Of a DNA stretch of 64,000 nt, positions 31,090 to 42,894 are shown piece by piece. Every line of letters starts with the position of its first letter. The stretch's first letter is position 1. Position numbers and translations under genes: made by a program. The DNA is from Candidatus Amesbacteria bacterium (GTDB lineage: Bacteria > Patescibacteriota > Microgenomatia > CAZETR01 > Amesbacteraceae), in NCBI GenBank assembly GCA_963736875.1, contig CAVTQH010000003.1:65756-129755 (forward strand), read 5' to 3'. The notes under the pieces were generated by a model, which was not told the DNA's origin, ran no database searches, and was given only the letters and a program-made list of their open reading frames with translations.

Positions 31090-31222
31090 ATTTGGTGGTC
31101 TGACAAGGTTCTTAGGGCGAGGTAGGATACGGTTACCTTTTTGAGGGTGCTTTTTTCCATGAGAATCTTGCAAATAACCTATTTTTTTACCAGCCAGTAG
31201 TTTATTGGCTAGCAAGCTTCTG

Positions 31223-31246
31223 GAATTAAGCCCCCAATAGGGGCTT
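31223..31246 (+). terminator. rho-independent terminator after the permease gene
   Basis: GCCCCC-AATA-GGGGGC hairpin followed by TTTTTT. Confidence 0.5.
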
Positions 31247-31272
31247 TTTTAAAATTTTGGGACAGAGCGTTG

Positions 31273-31345
31273 GGGCCCGTAGTTCACCTGGTAGAACACT
31301 TCGTTTGCAACGAAGAGGTAAGCGGTTCGAGTCCGCTCGGGTCCA
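31273..31345 (+). tRNA. tRNA-Ala (anticodon TGC)
   Basis: Acceptor stem GGGCCCG/CGGGTCC with the G3:U70 alanine identity pair. Anticodon loop TTTGCAA, T-arm AGCGG-TTCGAGT-CCGCT, discriminator A; CCA is not encoded. Confidence 0.9.
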
Positions 31346-31459
31346 CTGATTTGGTTGTCAGTCCCGGTCCCGCTTTGTACGGGATCGAGATTGACAACCA
31401 AAATACCGGTTGCTCTTTGAAAAGTGAAGAAAATAAAGTAGTAGAGCCGTATTTTTTAT

Positions 31460-34737
<3,278 letters not shown>

Positions 34738-34794
34738 CGACACTCTATTACTAAAATTTTCTTCACCTTTCAGGGAGCAAAGAAGGCAAGTTTT

Positions 34795-34912
34795 TCCCGG
34801 TCATCTGAGCGGCGTGGAACTACCTCTTCCCATTCCGAACAGAGCCGTAAAATGCGCCAGCGCGGACAATAGCTAAGTCGCGAGACTTCGTGAAGATACG
34901 TCATGGCCGGGA
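34795..34912 (+). rRNA. rrf: 5S ribosomal RNA
   Basis: Helix I CCCGGTCAT / ATGGCCGGG; internal 'CCCATTCCGAACAGAG...GCGCCAG' loop-C/helix-III region. Followed by a T8 run (34922-34929). Confidence 0.8.
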
Positions 34913-34945
34913 ATAACTTGCTTTTTTTTGGAGTAAAATCGGGGA

Positions 34946-35929
34946 ATGAAATGGTGGATGGGATTATTGGCGGGATTTGTCATCGGATTGGGGGTGGGAT
35001 ATGAGATTTATGTTACGCGGTCTGTTAGTAATTACCCGGGACAGTTAAGTCAGAAAGAAGCGGAAAGACCGCTATTGAAGTATACGATTGAGAGTTTGGC
35101 GGGGAGGGAATATAGTTCCAAAATTATTTTGGATGGAATAGTCGCTACGGAAGCGGCTTTTTTTGTGCAAAGATTTCACTTCGATTCCGACGGGAAAGCG
35201 GTGACCGGTCTGGCTCATATGCCAAGGTCTTGTGAGAAGTGTCCGATTATCATCCAATACCGTGGTTACGCAGAGTCTGAGAAGTATTATCAGGGATACG
35301 GAACCAAACACAGTGCGGAAACATTTGCGGCTCGCGGATTTATCTCGTTGGCTCCCGATTTTTTGGGATACTGGAAATCGGCCAGCCCTTCGGCAGATGT
35401 GTTTGAGGCCAGATTTGAAACATACACGACGGCCCTTAATATATTGGCGGCTGCTGAAAATTGGGAGATGGGAAACGGAAAGATAGGAATTTGGGGGCAC
35501 AGCAACGGCGGGCAGATTACATTGACTGTGTCGGAGATATCACAAAAAGATTATCCGGTCGTGTTGTGGGCTCCGGTATCGGCGGGTTTTCCGTATTCGA
35601 TACTATATTATATGGACGGAAATGAAGAAGGGGATAGAGAATTAAGAAAGAAACTGGTTGATTTTGAAAATGTATATGATACCGGATTGTTTAATTTAAT
35701 AAATTATTTAAACAAAATAAATGCACCGATTCAATTACATCAGGGAACAGGTGATAAATCAGTACCGGAGGATTGGAGTAGAAGGCTGATTGAGAGACTA
35801 AACAGTTTGAAAAAGAAAGTAAATTATTATGAATATCCGGGGGCAGATCATAACCTGATTCCGGATTGGGGTTTGGCTGTGGAAAGAGACGTCCAATTTT
35901 TTATACAAAATTTGGGATTGACGGAATAG
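34946..35929 (+). CDS. alpha/beta-hydrolase (dienelactone hydrolase / S9 peptidase-like)
   Basis: N-terminal TM; 'IGIWGHSNGGQI' nucleophile elbow, 'HQGTGDKSVP' and 'GADHNL' catalytic Asp/His motifs. GGAG RBS upstream. Confidence 0.7.
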   Translation: MKWWMGLLAGFVIGLGVGYEIYVTRSVSNYPGQLSQKEAERPLLKYTIESLAGREYSSKIILDGIVATEAAFFVQRFHFDSDGKAVTGLAHMPRSCEKCPIIIQYRGYAESEKYYQGYGTKHSAETFAARGFISLAPDFLGYWKSASPSADVFEARFETYTTALNILAAAENWEMGNGKIGIWGHSNGGQITLTVSEISQKDYPVVLWAPVSAGFPYSILYYMDGNEEGDRELRKKLVDFENVYDTGLFNLINYLNKINAPIQLHQGTGDKSVPEDWSRRLIERLNSLKKKVNYYEYPGADHNLIPDWGLAVERDVQFFIQNLGLTE

Positions 35930-35952
35930 GGTTTTACCGGTAATAATGGTCG

Positions 35953-37617
35953 GTGTCTTCAAATAAAGTGACGAAATTTATCTTTGTATCAGGAGGGGTA
36001 ATATCCGGCTTGGGGAAGGGGATAACCGCGGCTTCGCTGGGATTATTGCTGGAGTCAAAAGGGATAAGAGTAACGAATGTCAAAATCGACATGTATCTTA
36101 ATGTGGATGCGGGAACCATCCGACCGGCGGAGCACGGAGAGGTGTTTGTAACTGACGACGGGATTGAGACGGATCAGGATATCGGCCATTATGAGAGATT
36201 TTTAAACAGATCACTGAGGCGCGAGAACTATATAACCACAGGTCAGGTATATAAAACTGTGATTGAGAAGGAAAGGGCATTTGCTTATAACGGGGAAGAT
36301 GTGGAAGCCATACCTCATGTAACGGATGAAATTATTTCCCGGTTGAAAAAAGCGGGAGAAGTGAATGAAGCGGGGGCGGTGATCGTAGAACTGGGGGGGA
36401 CTGTGGGGGAATACCAGAACGCCATATTTTTTGAAGCCAGCCGGATAATGAAATTGAAACAACCGGAAAACGTAATCCACGTTCATGTGACTTATCTGCC
36501 GGTGATCAGAAGTATAGGGGAGCTAAAAAGTAAACCGGCACAACAGTCGGTGCAGAGATTAAATTCAATGGCAATTCAGCCTGATATGCTGGTAGCCAGA
36601 AGCGAAAGGGAGATTGACCAGAGAAGACGGGAACGTCTGGCATTATTCTGCAATATGCGGGACGGGGATATTATTACCAATCCTGATTTAAGCAATATTT
36701 ACGAAGTGCCTTTACATCTTGACGGGCAGAGACTGGCGGAAAAAATAATAAAGAAGCTGGGATTAAAGGCTAAAGATCGGGGTTTGCGGGAGTGGCATAA
36801 TTTTGTCAGGGCGCTGCAAAGAGGGGAGAAGAAAGTCAAAATTGCATTAGTAGGTAAATATTTTGCCACGGGGGATTATACTTTGTCGGATTCGTATATT
36901 TGTGTAGTAGAAGCCTTAAAACATGCCTCGGCCAGATGGAATGTAGTACCTGATCTGCATTGGATAAATTCCGATGATGTAGTAAATAACAAGGCAGGAA
37001 AGTATTTGAAGGGATTTGACGGATTGATTGTACCCCAGGGCTGGGGAAGCCGTGGGGTGGAAGGGAAGATTACAGCTATAGAATTTGCCAGGAAAAACAG
37101 AATTCCTTACCTGGGATTATGTTTCGGGATGCAGATGGCAGTGATTGAATTTGCCAGGAATGTTTTAAGTTTGGCCGGTGCCAATTCTGAAGAAGCAGAT
37201 GCCAAAACCCGGGATCCGGTAATACATGTGATGCCGGACCAGAAAAAATATTTAAAAGAACATCAATACGGGGGGACCATCAGACTGGGCTCATGGCCTT
37301 GCCTGGTTAAACCCGGATCAATATTAGAGGGTGCATACCGGAGTTACGGAAAGAAGCCAAACATGATCAGCAAAGGAATTGTTAACGAGAGGCACAGGCA
37401 CAGATATGAGTTGAATAATAAATACAGGGAAGAACTGGAAAAATCCGGCTTGATAATTTCAGGTACCAGCCCGGACGGAAAATTGGTGGAAGCAATAGAA
37501 TTATCCGCAAAAGTTCACCCGTTTTTTGTGGGGACACAGTTTCATCCCGAATACAAAAGCCGGCCGCTGTCACCACATCCGTTGTTTGTAGCTTTTATCA
37601 AAGCAGCTTTGAGATGA
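35953..37617 (+). CDS. pyrG: CTP synthase
   Basis: 'KFIFVSGGVISGLGKGITAAS' and the C-terminal glutamine amidotransferase 'LGLCFGMQMAVIEFARNV'. Start is GTG 35953 or 35968. Confidence 0.9.
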   Translation: MSSNKVTKFIFVSGGVISGLGKGITAASLGLLLESKGIRVTNVKIDMYLNVDAGTIRPAEHGEVFVTDDGIETDQDIGHYERFLNRSLRRENYITTGQVYKTVIEKERAFAYNGEDVEAIPHVTDEIISRLKKAGEVNEAGAVIVELGGTVGEYQNAIFFEASRIMKLKQPENVIHVHVTYLPVIRSIGELKSKPAQQSVQRLNSMAIQPDMLVARSEREIDQRRRERLALFCNMRDGDIITNPDLSNIYEVPLHLDGQRLAEKIIKKLGLKAKDRGLREWHNFVRALQRGEKKVKIALVGKYFATGDYTLSDSYICVVEALKHASARWNVVPDLHWINSDDVVNNKAGKYLKGFDGLIVPQGWGSRGVEGKITAIEFARKNRIPYLGLCFGMQMAVIEFARNVLSLAGANSEEADAKTRDPVIHVMPDQKKYLKEHQYGGTIRLGSWPCLVKPGSILEGAYRSYGKKPNMISKGIVNERHRHRYELNNKYREELEKSGLIISGTSPDGKLVEAIELSAKVHPFFVGTQFHPEYKSRPLSPHPLFVAFIKAALR

Positions 37618-37907
37618 ACTTTTTTAAGGAAGTTTACGAAGTGGTGAAGAAAATCCCCGCCGGCAAAGTAATGACTTATGGTCAGGTGGCCGGGGTGGTG
37701 GGAAGCAGGGATGCCAGAAGGGTGGGACAGGCACTGCATGCCAATAAGGATCTGAATGTACCCTGCCACCGGGTAGTGTTTGCCGACGGGAGCCTGGCTC
37801 CGGGTTTTGCTTTCGGGGGCATGGAAAGACAGAGAGAAAAACTGAAGAAAGAGAAAGTGATGTTTGCGGGTTTGAGAGTGGATATGTTAAAATCCCGTTA
37901 CTCTTAA
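37614..37907 (+). CDS. methylated-DNA-protein-cysteine methyltransferase DNA-binding domain protein (MGMT family, active-site PCHRV)
   Basis: 'PAGKVMTYGQVAGVVG...NVPCHRVVFADGSL' carries the PCHR acceptor-cysteine motif. 97 aa; start overlaps the pyrG stop (ATGA). Confidence 0.7.
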   Translation: MNFFKEVYEVVKKIPAGKVMTYGQVAGVVGSRDARRVGQALHANKDLNVPCHRVVFADGSLAPGFAFGGMERQREKLKKEKVMFAGLRVDMLKSRYS

Positions 37908-37928
37908 AGAAAGCGAGGAAAATGAAAA

Positions 37929-39071
37929 TTGACTACCAAGAAGACTACTGTAACTAAAACGTCAGGCACACCGATAACAATGGGGGAGCTTCTGGCCAAA
38001 ACCGGATACAAGCTGAGAGGATTTAAAAGAGGGGAGAAGGTCAAGGGAACTATCGTGGAGGTCACGAATAAAACCGTCTATATAGATGTGGGGGGGAAAG
38101 CTGAGGCGGTGGTTTCCGAACAGGAATATGATTTGGCCAGAGACTATTTCAGAGTCCTGAAACCGGGTGAGACGGTAGAGGGAATAGTGTTGATTCCGGA
38201 AAACGATGCCGGCCAGGTTATTTTGTCTTTACGAAGAGCGGCAATTGACACCAAATGGGGCAGTCTGGAGCAGGCGATGACTGAAGAGAAGGATATTCCC
38301 GTAAAAGTACGGGAGGTGACAAAAGGAGGTTTACTTGTGGATGCGGACGGAGTGTTTGGGTTTATTCCGACATCCCAGCTCGGGAAAGAGTGGGAGGGGA
38401 ATTTAACTTCTGCAGTAGGTAAAGAAATCCGGGCTAAAGTGCTGGAAGTTGACCGGTCACAAAACAGGCTGGTTTTATCAGAAAGGGCAGTATCGGAAGT
38501 GGAGGAAATTGCTGGGCGGAAGAAGGCTTTGGGCGCGGTAAAAGTCGGCGGAGATTATGAAGCAATGGTGGTGGGAGTGGTACCTTTCGGGGTGTTTGCG
38601 GAAATCGAGATACCTGCCGGTTCGGGAAAAAAGCAGGATAAGCAGGCAGAGCAGACCAAATTAGAGGGGCTGATTCATATCAGTGAATTGTCCTGGGAGA
38701 AAATCGACGATGTGAACCGGGCGGTTAAGGTGGGAGACAAGATTAAAGTTCAAGTGATAGGTATTGATGAAGATAACGGTAAGTTGGCCTTGTCGGTAAA
38801 AAGGCTGACTGATGATCCCTGGGGAGTGGTGCAAAAGAAATTTAAAACTGACAGTAAGCATTCGGGAGAAGTTGTGAAAGTTGCACCATACGGGGTGCTT
38901 GTCAGGCTGGATAAAGGTATAGAGGGATTGATTCACGCATCCAAAATGCCAGGTGAAATGGCTTTTGCGGAAGGTCAGAAAGTGGAAGTGTTTGTGGAAT
39001 CAGTGGATTTGGAGAAAAGAAGGTTATCACTGGGAGTAATTTTGTCGGCAAAACCGGTGGGGTATAAGTAA
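37929..39071 (+). CDS. rpsA: 30S ribosomal protein S1 (four S1 domains)
   Basis: Repeated S1 OB-fold motifs ('GEKVKGTIVEV', 'VKVREVTKGGLLVD', 'YEAMVVGVVPFGVFAEI', 'HSGEVVKVAPYGVLVRL'). Start uncertain (TTG 37929 or ATG 37980). Confidence 0.8.
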   Translation: MTTKKTTVTKTSGTPITMGELLAKTGYKLRGFKRGEKVKGTIVEVTNKTVYIDVGGKAEAVVSEQEYDLARDYFRVLKPGETVEGIVLIPENDAGQVILSLRRAAIDTKWGSLEQAMTEEKDIPVKVREVTKGGLLVDADGVFGFIPTSQLGKEWEGNLTSAVGKEIRAKVLEVDRSQNRLVLSERAVSEVEEIAGRKKALGAVKVGGDYEAMVVGVVPFGVFAEIEIPAGSGKKQDKQAEQTKLEGLIHISELSWEKIDDVNRAVKVGDKIKVQVIGIDEDNGKLALSVKRLTDDPWGVVQKKFKTDSKHSGEVVKVAPYGVLVRLDKGIEGLIHASKMPGEMAFAEGQKVEVFVESVDLEKRRLSLGVILSAKPVGYK

Positions 39072-39092
39072 GGTCTGTGATATTATTTAGAT

Positions 39093-39299
39093 ATGGGTAC
39101 GGATAAGTGGAAAGTGGAGTGGTCACAGAATCTGGGGTGGGAGAGGATGTTGTTGTGGTTTGTGCCGTGGGTGATGATTGTTTTTTTGGTAGTCCTGTTT
39201 TCGAATAAAGTGGAGGAGTTGAAGTGGAGTGTTGCCGGTCTGGAACGGGAAAATATCCAGTTGGTAAACCAGCTGAAGTTGCTGCGGGGGAATAATTAG
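39093..39299 (+). CDS. small single-pass membrane protein with C-terminal coiled coil (FtsB/DivIC-like?)
   Basis: 'LLWFVPWVMIVFLVVLF' TM followed by the 'VEELKWSVAGLERENIQLVNQLKLL' heptad pattern. Confidence 0.3.
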   Translation: MGTDKWKVEWSQNLGWERMLLWFVPWVMIVFLVVLFSNKVEELKWSVAGLERENIQLVNQLKLLRGNN

Positions 39300-39321
39300 C
39301 GGTTTGTGGTATAAATAGGGC

Positions 39322-40626
39322 GTGTCAAAATCCCGGTCTTCATATGTTTGCCAGCAATGCGGATATACCCAGTCCCAGTGGGCGGGGAGGTGTCCGAATT
39401 GTGATATCTGGAACAGCCTGGTGGAAACCATATCACCGGGACGGGAGTCGCAGGGACGGAGCCGGGACTTTACATCCAAAGTCATAAAACTGTCCGAAAT
39501 AATTGTTACGAAGCAGGAAAGAATAAAGACCGGTGAAAATGAACTTGACAGTGTTTTGGGGGGAGGATTGGTTCCGGGAATGGTGGTTTTGGTGGCCGGA
39601 GAGCCGGGTATAGGCAAATCGACTTTACTGACCCAGCTGGCCCTGAATTTAAAAAATAAAAAAGTACTTTATGTCTGCGGTGAGGAATCAGCCGATCAGG
39701 TGGCTTTGAGGGTAAAAAGATTAAAGACCAAGGGAGAGATGATGCTGTTTGAAAGTACCGATGCAGATGAAATTGTGGCCAAAATTGAGACCGAGAAACC
39801 GGACCTGGTGATAGTGGATTCTGTTCAAACACTGACTACGGTTGATCTGACAGGGACTTCGGGATCAGTAGGGCAGGTCAGAGAATGTGCCCAGAGACTG
39901 ACAAATTTGGCCAAAAGGACGAATACCCCGTTATTTCTGGTCGGACATGTGACCAAGGAGGGTAATATTGCCGGGCCGGCGGTTTTAATGCATGTGGTGG
40001 ATACGGTATTGTGGTTTGAGGGGGAGAGGAGCCAGTCTCTGAGAGTTATCCGGGCGGTAAAAAACCGGTTCGGACCGACTGATGAAGTCGGGGTTTTTGA
40101 AATGACGGACATCGGGCTTCTGGGTGTAAGTGATCCTTCCAGGGTGCTTCTGGCTGAAAGGGTAAAAGGAGTTGCCGGAAGCGTGGTATCGGTAGTGATG
40201 GAAGGTAAACGACCCTTGCTCGTGGAAATTCAGGCACTGACGACCCCTTCACAACTGGCAGTACCCCGGCGGGTGGCTATGGGAGTGGATTTTGCCAGAT
40301 TGCAGATGCTGGTGGCGGTTTTAATGCGGCGGGCCAATCTGCACCTGAATGAGGCGGACATTTTTGTAAATGTCACGGGAGGAATCAAGCTGGCCGACAG
40401 GGGGGTGGATTTGGCGATCTGTCTGGCAATTGCTTCGGCGTTTCTGAATAAAACCCTGTCCGCCGATGTAGCTGCGGTGGGAGAAGTGGGACTTTTGGGG
40501 GAGGTGCGCAAGGTACAGGGTTTGGATAGGAGAGTTAAGGAAGCAAAAAAGTTGGGTTACCGGGTGGCTTCAGCGGAATCCGGAAGATCGGTGGCAGCGG
40601 CCTTGAAGAAATTGCTTACGGACTAG
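39322..40626 (+). CDS. radA: DNA repair protein RadA/Sms
   Basis: N-terminal zinc finger 'CQQCGYTQSQWAGRCPNC', Walker A 'GEPGIGKSTLL', 'KNRFGPT' motif, Lon-like C-terminal domain. GTG start. Confidence 0.9.
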   Translation: MSKSRSSYVCQQCGYTQSQWAGRCPNCDIWNSLVETISPGRESQGRSRDFTSKVIKLSEIIVTKQERIKTGENELDSVLGGGLVPGMVVLVAGEPGIGKSTLLTQLALNLKNKKVLYVCGEESADQVALRVKRLKTKGEMMLFESTDADEIVAKIETEKPDLVIVDSVQTLTTVDLTGTSGSVGQVRECAQRLTNLAKRTNTPLFLVGHVTKEGNIAGPAVLMHVVDTVLWFEGERSQSLRVIRAVKNRFGPTDEVGVFEMTDIGLLGVSDPSRVLLAERVKGVAGSVVSVVMEGKRPLLVEIQALTTPSQLAVPRRVAMGVDFARLQMLVAVLMRRANLHLNEADIFVNVTGGIKLADRGVDLAICLAIASAFLNKTLSADVAAVGEVGLLGEVRKVQGLDRRVKEAKKLGYRVASAESGRSVAAALKKLLTD

Positions 40627-40637
40627 TTCTCCACGAG

Positions 40638-40697
40638 TTATACACATTGTTCAATTTCCGATTTCTAATTCCTAATTACTATATAAACTTATCCACA
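40638..40697 (+). promoter_or_regulatory. two consensus DnaA boxes (TTATACACA 40638-40646; TTATCCACA 40689-40697) flanking a 28-nt heptamer array (40654-40681)
   Basis: Both 9-mers fit TTATNCACA exactly and lie in the same orientation 51 nt apart. The sequence between them is ATTTCCG ATTTCTA ATTCCTA ATTACTA. Confidence 0.4.
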
Positions 40698-40722
40698 AAA
40701 GGCTATTTAAAGCCATATTCAC

Positions 40723-40753
40723 TATATGATATCCCACTATGGGATATCATATA
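40723..40753. repeat. perfect 14-bp inverted repeat (TATATGATATCCCA-CTA-TGGGATATCATATA) followed by a (TCGC)n microsatellite
   Basis: Read directly; arms 40723-40736 and 40740-40753. CTCGCTCTCGCTCGCT at 40755-40770. Confidence 0.6.
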
Positions 40754-41241
40754 TCTCGCTCTCGCTCGCTATAGGCTTGAAATATTTGACAGAAAATGTT
40801 ATAAACCCGGTGAGGGTTACGAGAAGCAATGAAAAAACTGCTCAAATGGTTACGGGGTGAGTCTGTCCCCGAAAAGAGGAGGATTAGGCGGGTGTTTAAG
40901 AGTTCAAACCCCTGGATGCGGCAGCAGCTGAGAAAAATGAGTTCTATGAATCAGGAGATTATTTCAGTTCGGGCCGGAAGGTAATTACTCCGGCAAAAAA
41001 AGAAGCATCGCTAACGCTAGCTTGAGGGCCACGAGTAGCAATGCCTCTTTGAGATAAAAACGCCTGGACAGAATGGGCGCCTTCACTTAATTTAAGGTGA
41101 TAACATTCGCCCGTTTTTTTGTCAAGAAAAAAATCTGCCCAATAAGCGCACTTTTTTAAACTTTTTAGCTATACTGATAAATTGTTTAAAATGCATCTTG
41201 AAACGGGGGGTGGTGGGTAGGGCAGGCCTACCACTTCCCGT

Positions 41242-42111
41242 TTGAGGATGTATATGAAAACAAATAATTTGCGGTCGGTGATCTTTGGTGCAGCCTTGTT
41301 TACAGGCTTATTATTTTTGGGATCCGGACCGGTTGAGGCCAGGATGGATTACGGTTCGGGATATTATGTGAATTTATGCGACAGCGGTACCGCAGCCACA
41401 TACTACAATTGTGATCCGGGATGTGATCCCCGGACCGGGTCCTGTACCAGCATTAACAACGGTGTGGTCAAATGGGTGTGTCTGGGTAAGTGGAATCAGT
41501 GCCTGGAATCTGAAAGTCAGTGGACAAACTATGAACAGGTCGATAATGTCGGATGCGGTTACACAGTGCAATTGTCACTATTTGATAAAAAATGCCGCAG
41601 GGAGGACGGGAGCTGGGATGCCGGATGCAGATTATTGGGATACATGGTTTGGTATTCAGGGGAGTGTTGGGAAGCGGGGACGATGGTAACACCCAAACCC
41701 AGTCCGACCAAGGTACCGATTGCCACAGTCACGCCGACGATTAAACCGAAAATTAACCCCACGGCGGTGATTGTATCCAAATTTACCAATCAGGCGGCAT
41801 CTTCTCCGGCCAAATTGACTCCGACACCGACTGCGGCACCCGTGGTCAAAATGTGCGGGCAAAAATGTCAGCAGGCGGCGGATTGTCAGGCAGGTTTTGC
41901 CTGTATTGAAGCCGTATGCCGCAATCCGGGATGTCCTTCCGATAAAACCTGTTTTTGCCAGGGTGGATCGGCTTCAGCCTCCGCGGTGTCAAAAATGAAT
42001 CCGGATACCGGAGTGGAGACCTGGCTGGGGATGGCCGGTATGGCAGCTTTGGGGGCTTTGGGAATGAAGCTGAAACGGGTAGCTAAAAAGGTATGGCGGG
42101 GGAGATCTTGA
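41242..42111 (+). CDS. secreted Cys-rich protein with Pro/Thr-rich stalk and C-terminal sortase sorting signal (NPDTG + TM + basic tail)
   Basis: Signal peptide 'MKTNNLRSVIFGAALFTGLLFLGSGPVEA'. 16 Cys in the N-terminal domain and a second Cys cluster 'CGQKCQQAADCQAGFACIEAVCRNPGCPSDKTCFCQ'. C-terminus 'SASASAVSKMNPDTG-VETWLGMAGMAALGALGM-KLKRVAKKVWRGRS'. Confidence 0.6.
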   Translation: MRMYMKTNNLRSVIFGAALFTGLLFLGSGPVEARMDYGSGYYVNLCDSGTAATYYNCDPGCDPRTGSCTSINNGVVKWVCLGKWNQCLESESQWTNYEQVDNVGCGYTVQLSLFDKKCRREDGSWDAGCRLLGYMVWYSGECWEAGTMVTPKPSPTKVPIATVTPTIKPKINPTAVIVSKFTNQAASSPAKLTPTPTAAPVVKMCGQKCQQAADCQAGFACIEAVCRNPGCPSDKTCFCQGGSASASAVSKMNPDTGVETWLGMAGMAALGALGMKLKRVAKKVWRGRS

Positions 42112-42143
42112 CAAAATCAGGATAATATCCTATAATATGGGGT

Positions 42144-42884
42144 ATGAAATTGAACTTTTTGGTAATTTTAGGCTTGATTTGGGGAATGGTTTTGGCTTTG
42201 GCTTGGCCTCAGAGGGTCGTGGCTGCCTGGCCGAAGCTGAAAATTGAGTACACGGCCAGAAATCTGACAAGCGGATCTGCGTGGGGGGAAAGCCTGGATG
42301 CCAATACGGGAGACAAACTGGAATTAAAAGCGGTATTGAGTAATACCGAACCCGGATCGACAATACAGGATGTGAAGATAATGGTGCCGCTGTCCGATGA
42401 AAGGCTGGTTTTACACCAGCGCTTCCATCTGCGGGCTTTAAATTCGGGGAGTCTGGATACGGAAGTTGCAGTCAGTGTGCCGTCCGGGTATATGGTTATG
42501 GAGTATCTGCCCGGGACTTCAAAATTGACTGCCGGGGGGAATAGCCGGGGGATTTCTCCGGATACCGATTCCACCAATATCACAACCCAGGAAATTGCGA
42601 TAGGGAATATCCCCTACGGGGACGGGAATGCGGTTACCATCACGTATCAGGTGCAGATAATGGAGAGTAAAAAAGAGGCTTCCGGTTCCGGATCGAAAGC
42701 GGCCGCGGAAGGAGCGATAGGCGGATCCGGTACAGCCAGTGCATCCGCGGTTGCTAAATCAAATCCAGAAGCCGGTATCGGTGACTGGGTATCGTCACCG
42801 GCTTTGAGGTGGTTGATGGTGGGAGTTTTCGGGGTGGGCTTGAAAACCTGGGGAAGAAAGATCCGGGAGCAGACTTTGGTGTAA
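42144..42884 (+). CDS. secreted protein with C-terminal sortase sorting signal (NPEAG + TM + basic tail)
   Basis: Signal peptide 'MKLNFLVILGLIWGMVLALAWPQRVVAA'. C-terminus 'GSGTASASAVAKSNPEAG-IGDWVSSPALRWLMVGVFGVGL-KTWGRKIREQ'. Confidence 0.55.
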   Translation: MKLNFLVILGLIWGMVLALAWPQRVVAAWPKLKIEYTARNLTSGSAWGESLDANTGDKLELKAVLSNTEPGSTIQDVKIMVPLSDERLVLHQRFHLRALNSGSLDTEVAVSVPSGYMVMEYLPGTSKLTAGGNSRGISPDTDSTNITTQEIAIGNIPYGDGNAVTITYQVQIMESKKEASGSGSKAAAEGAIGGSGTASASAVAKSNPEAGIGDWVSSPALRWLMVGVFGVGLKTWGRKIREQTLV

Positions 42885-42894
42885 AGTTAAAAGT

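Noticed and set aside
40850-41060. Possible tmRNA: the sequence GCAAAAAAAGAAGCATCGCTAACGCTAGCTTGA would encode a tag-like peptide AKKEASLTLA*
   Set aside because: No tRNA-like acceptor/T-arm (GGTTCGA...CCA) flanks it, the peptide does not end in the usual (A)LAA, and no pseudoknot-rich body is discernible.
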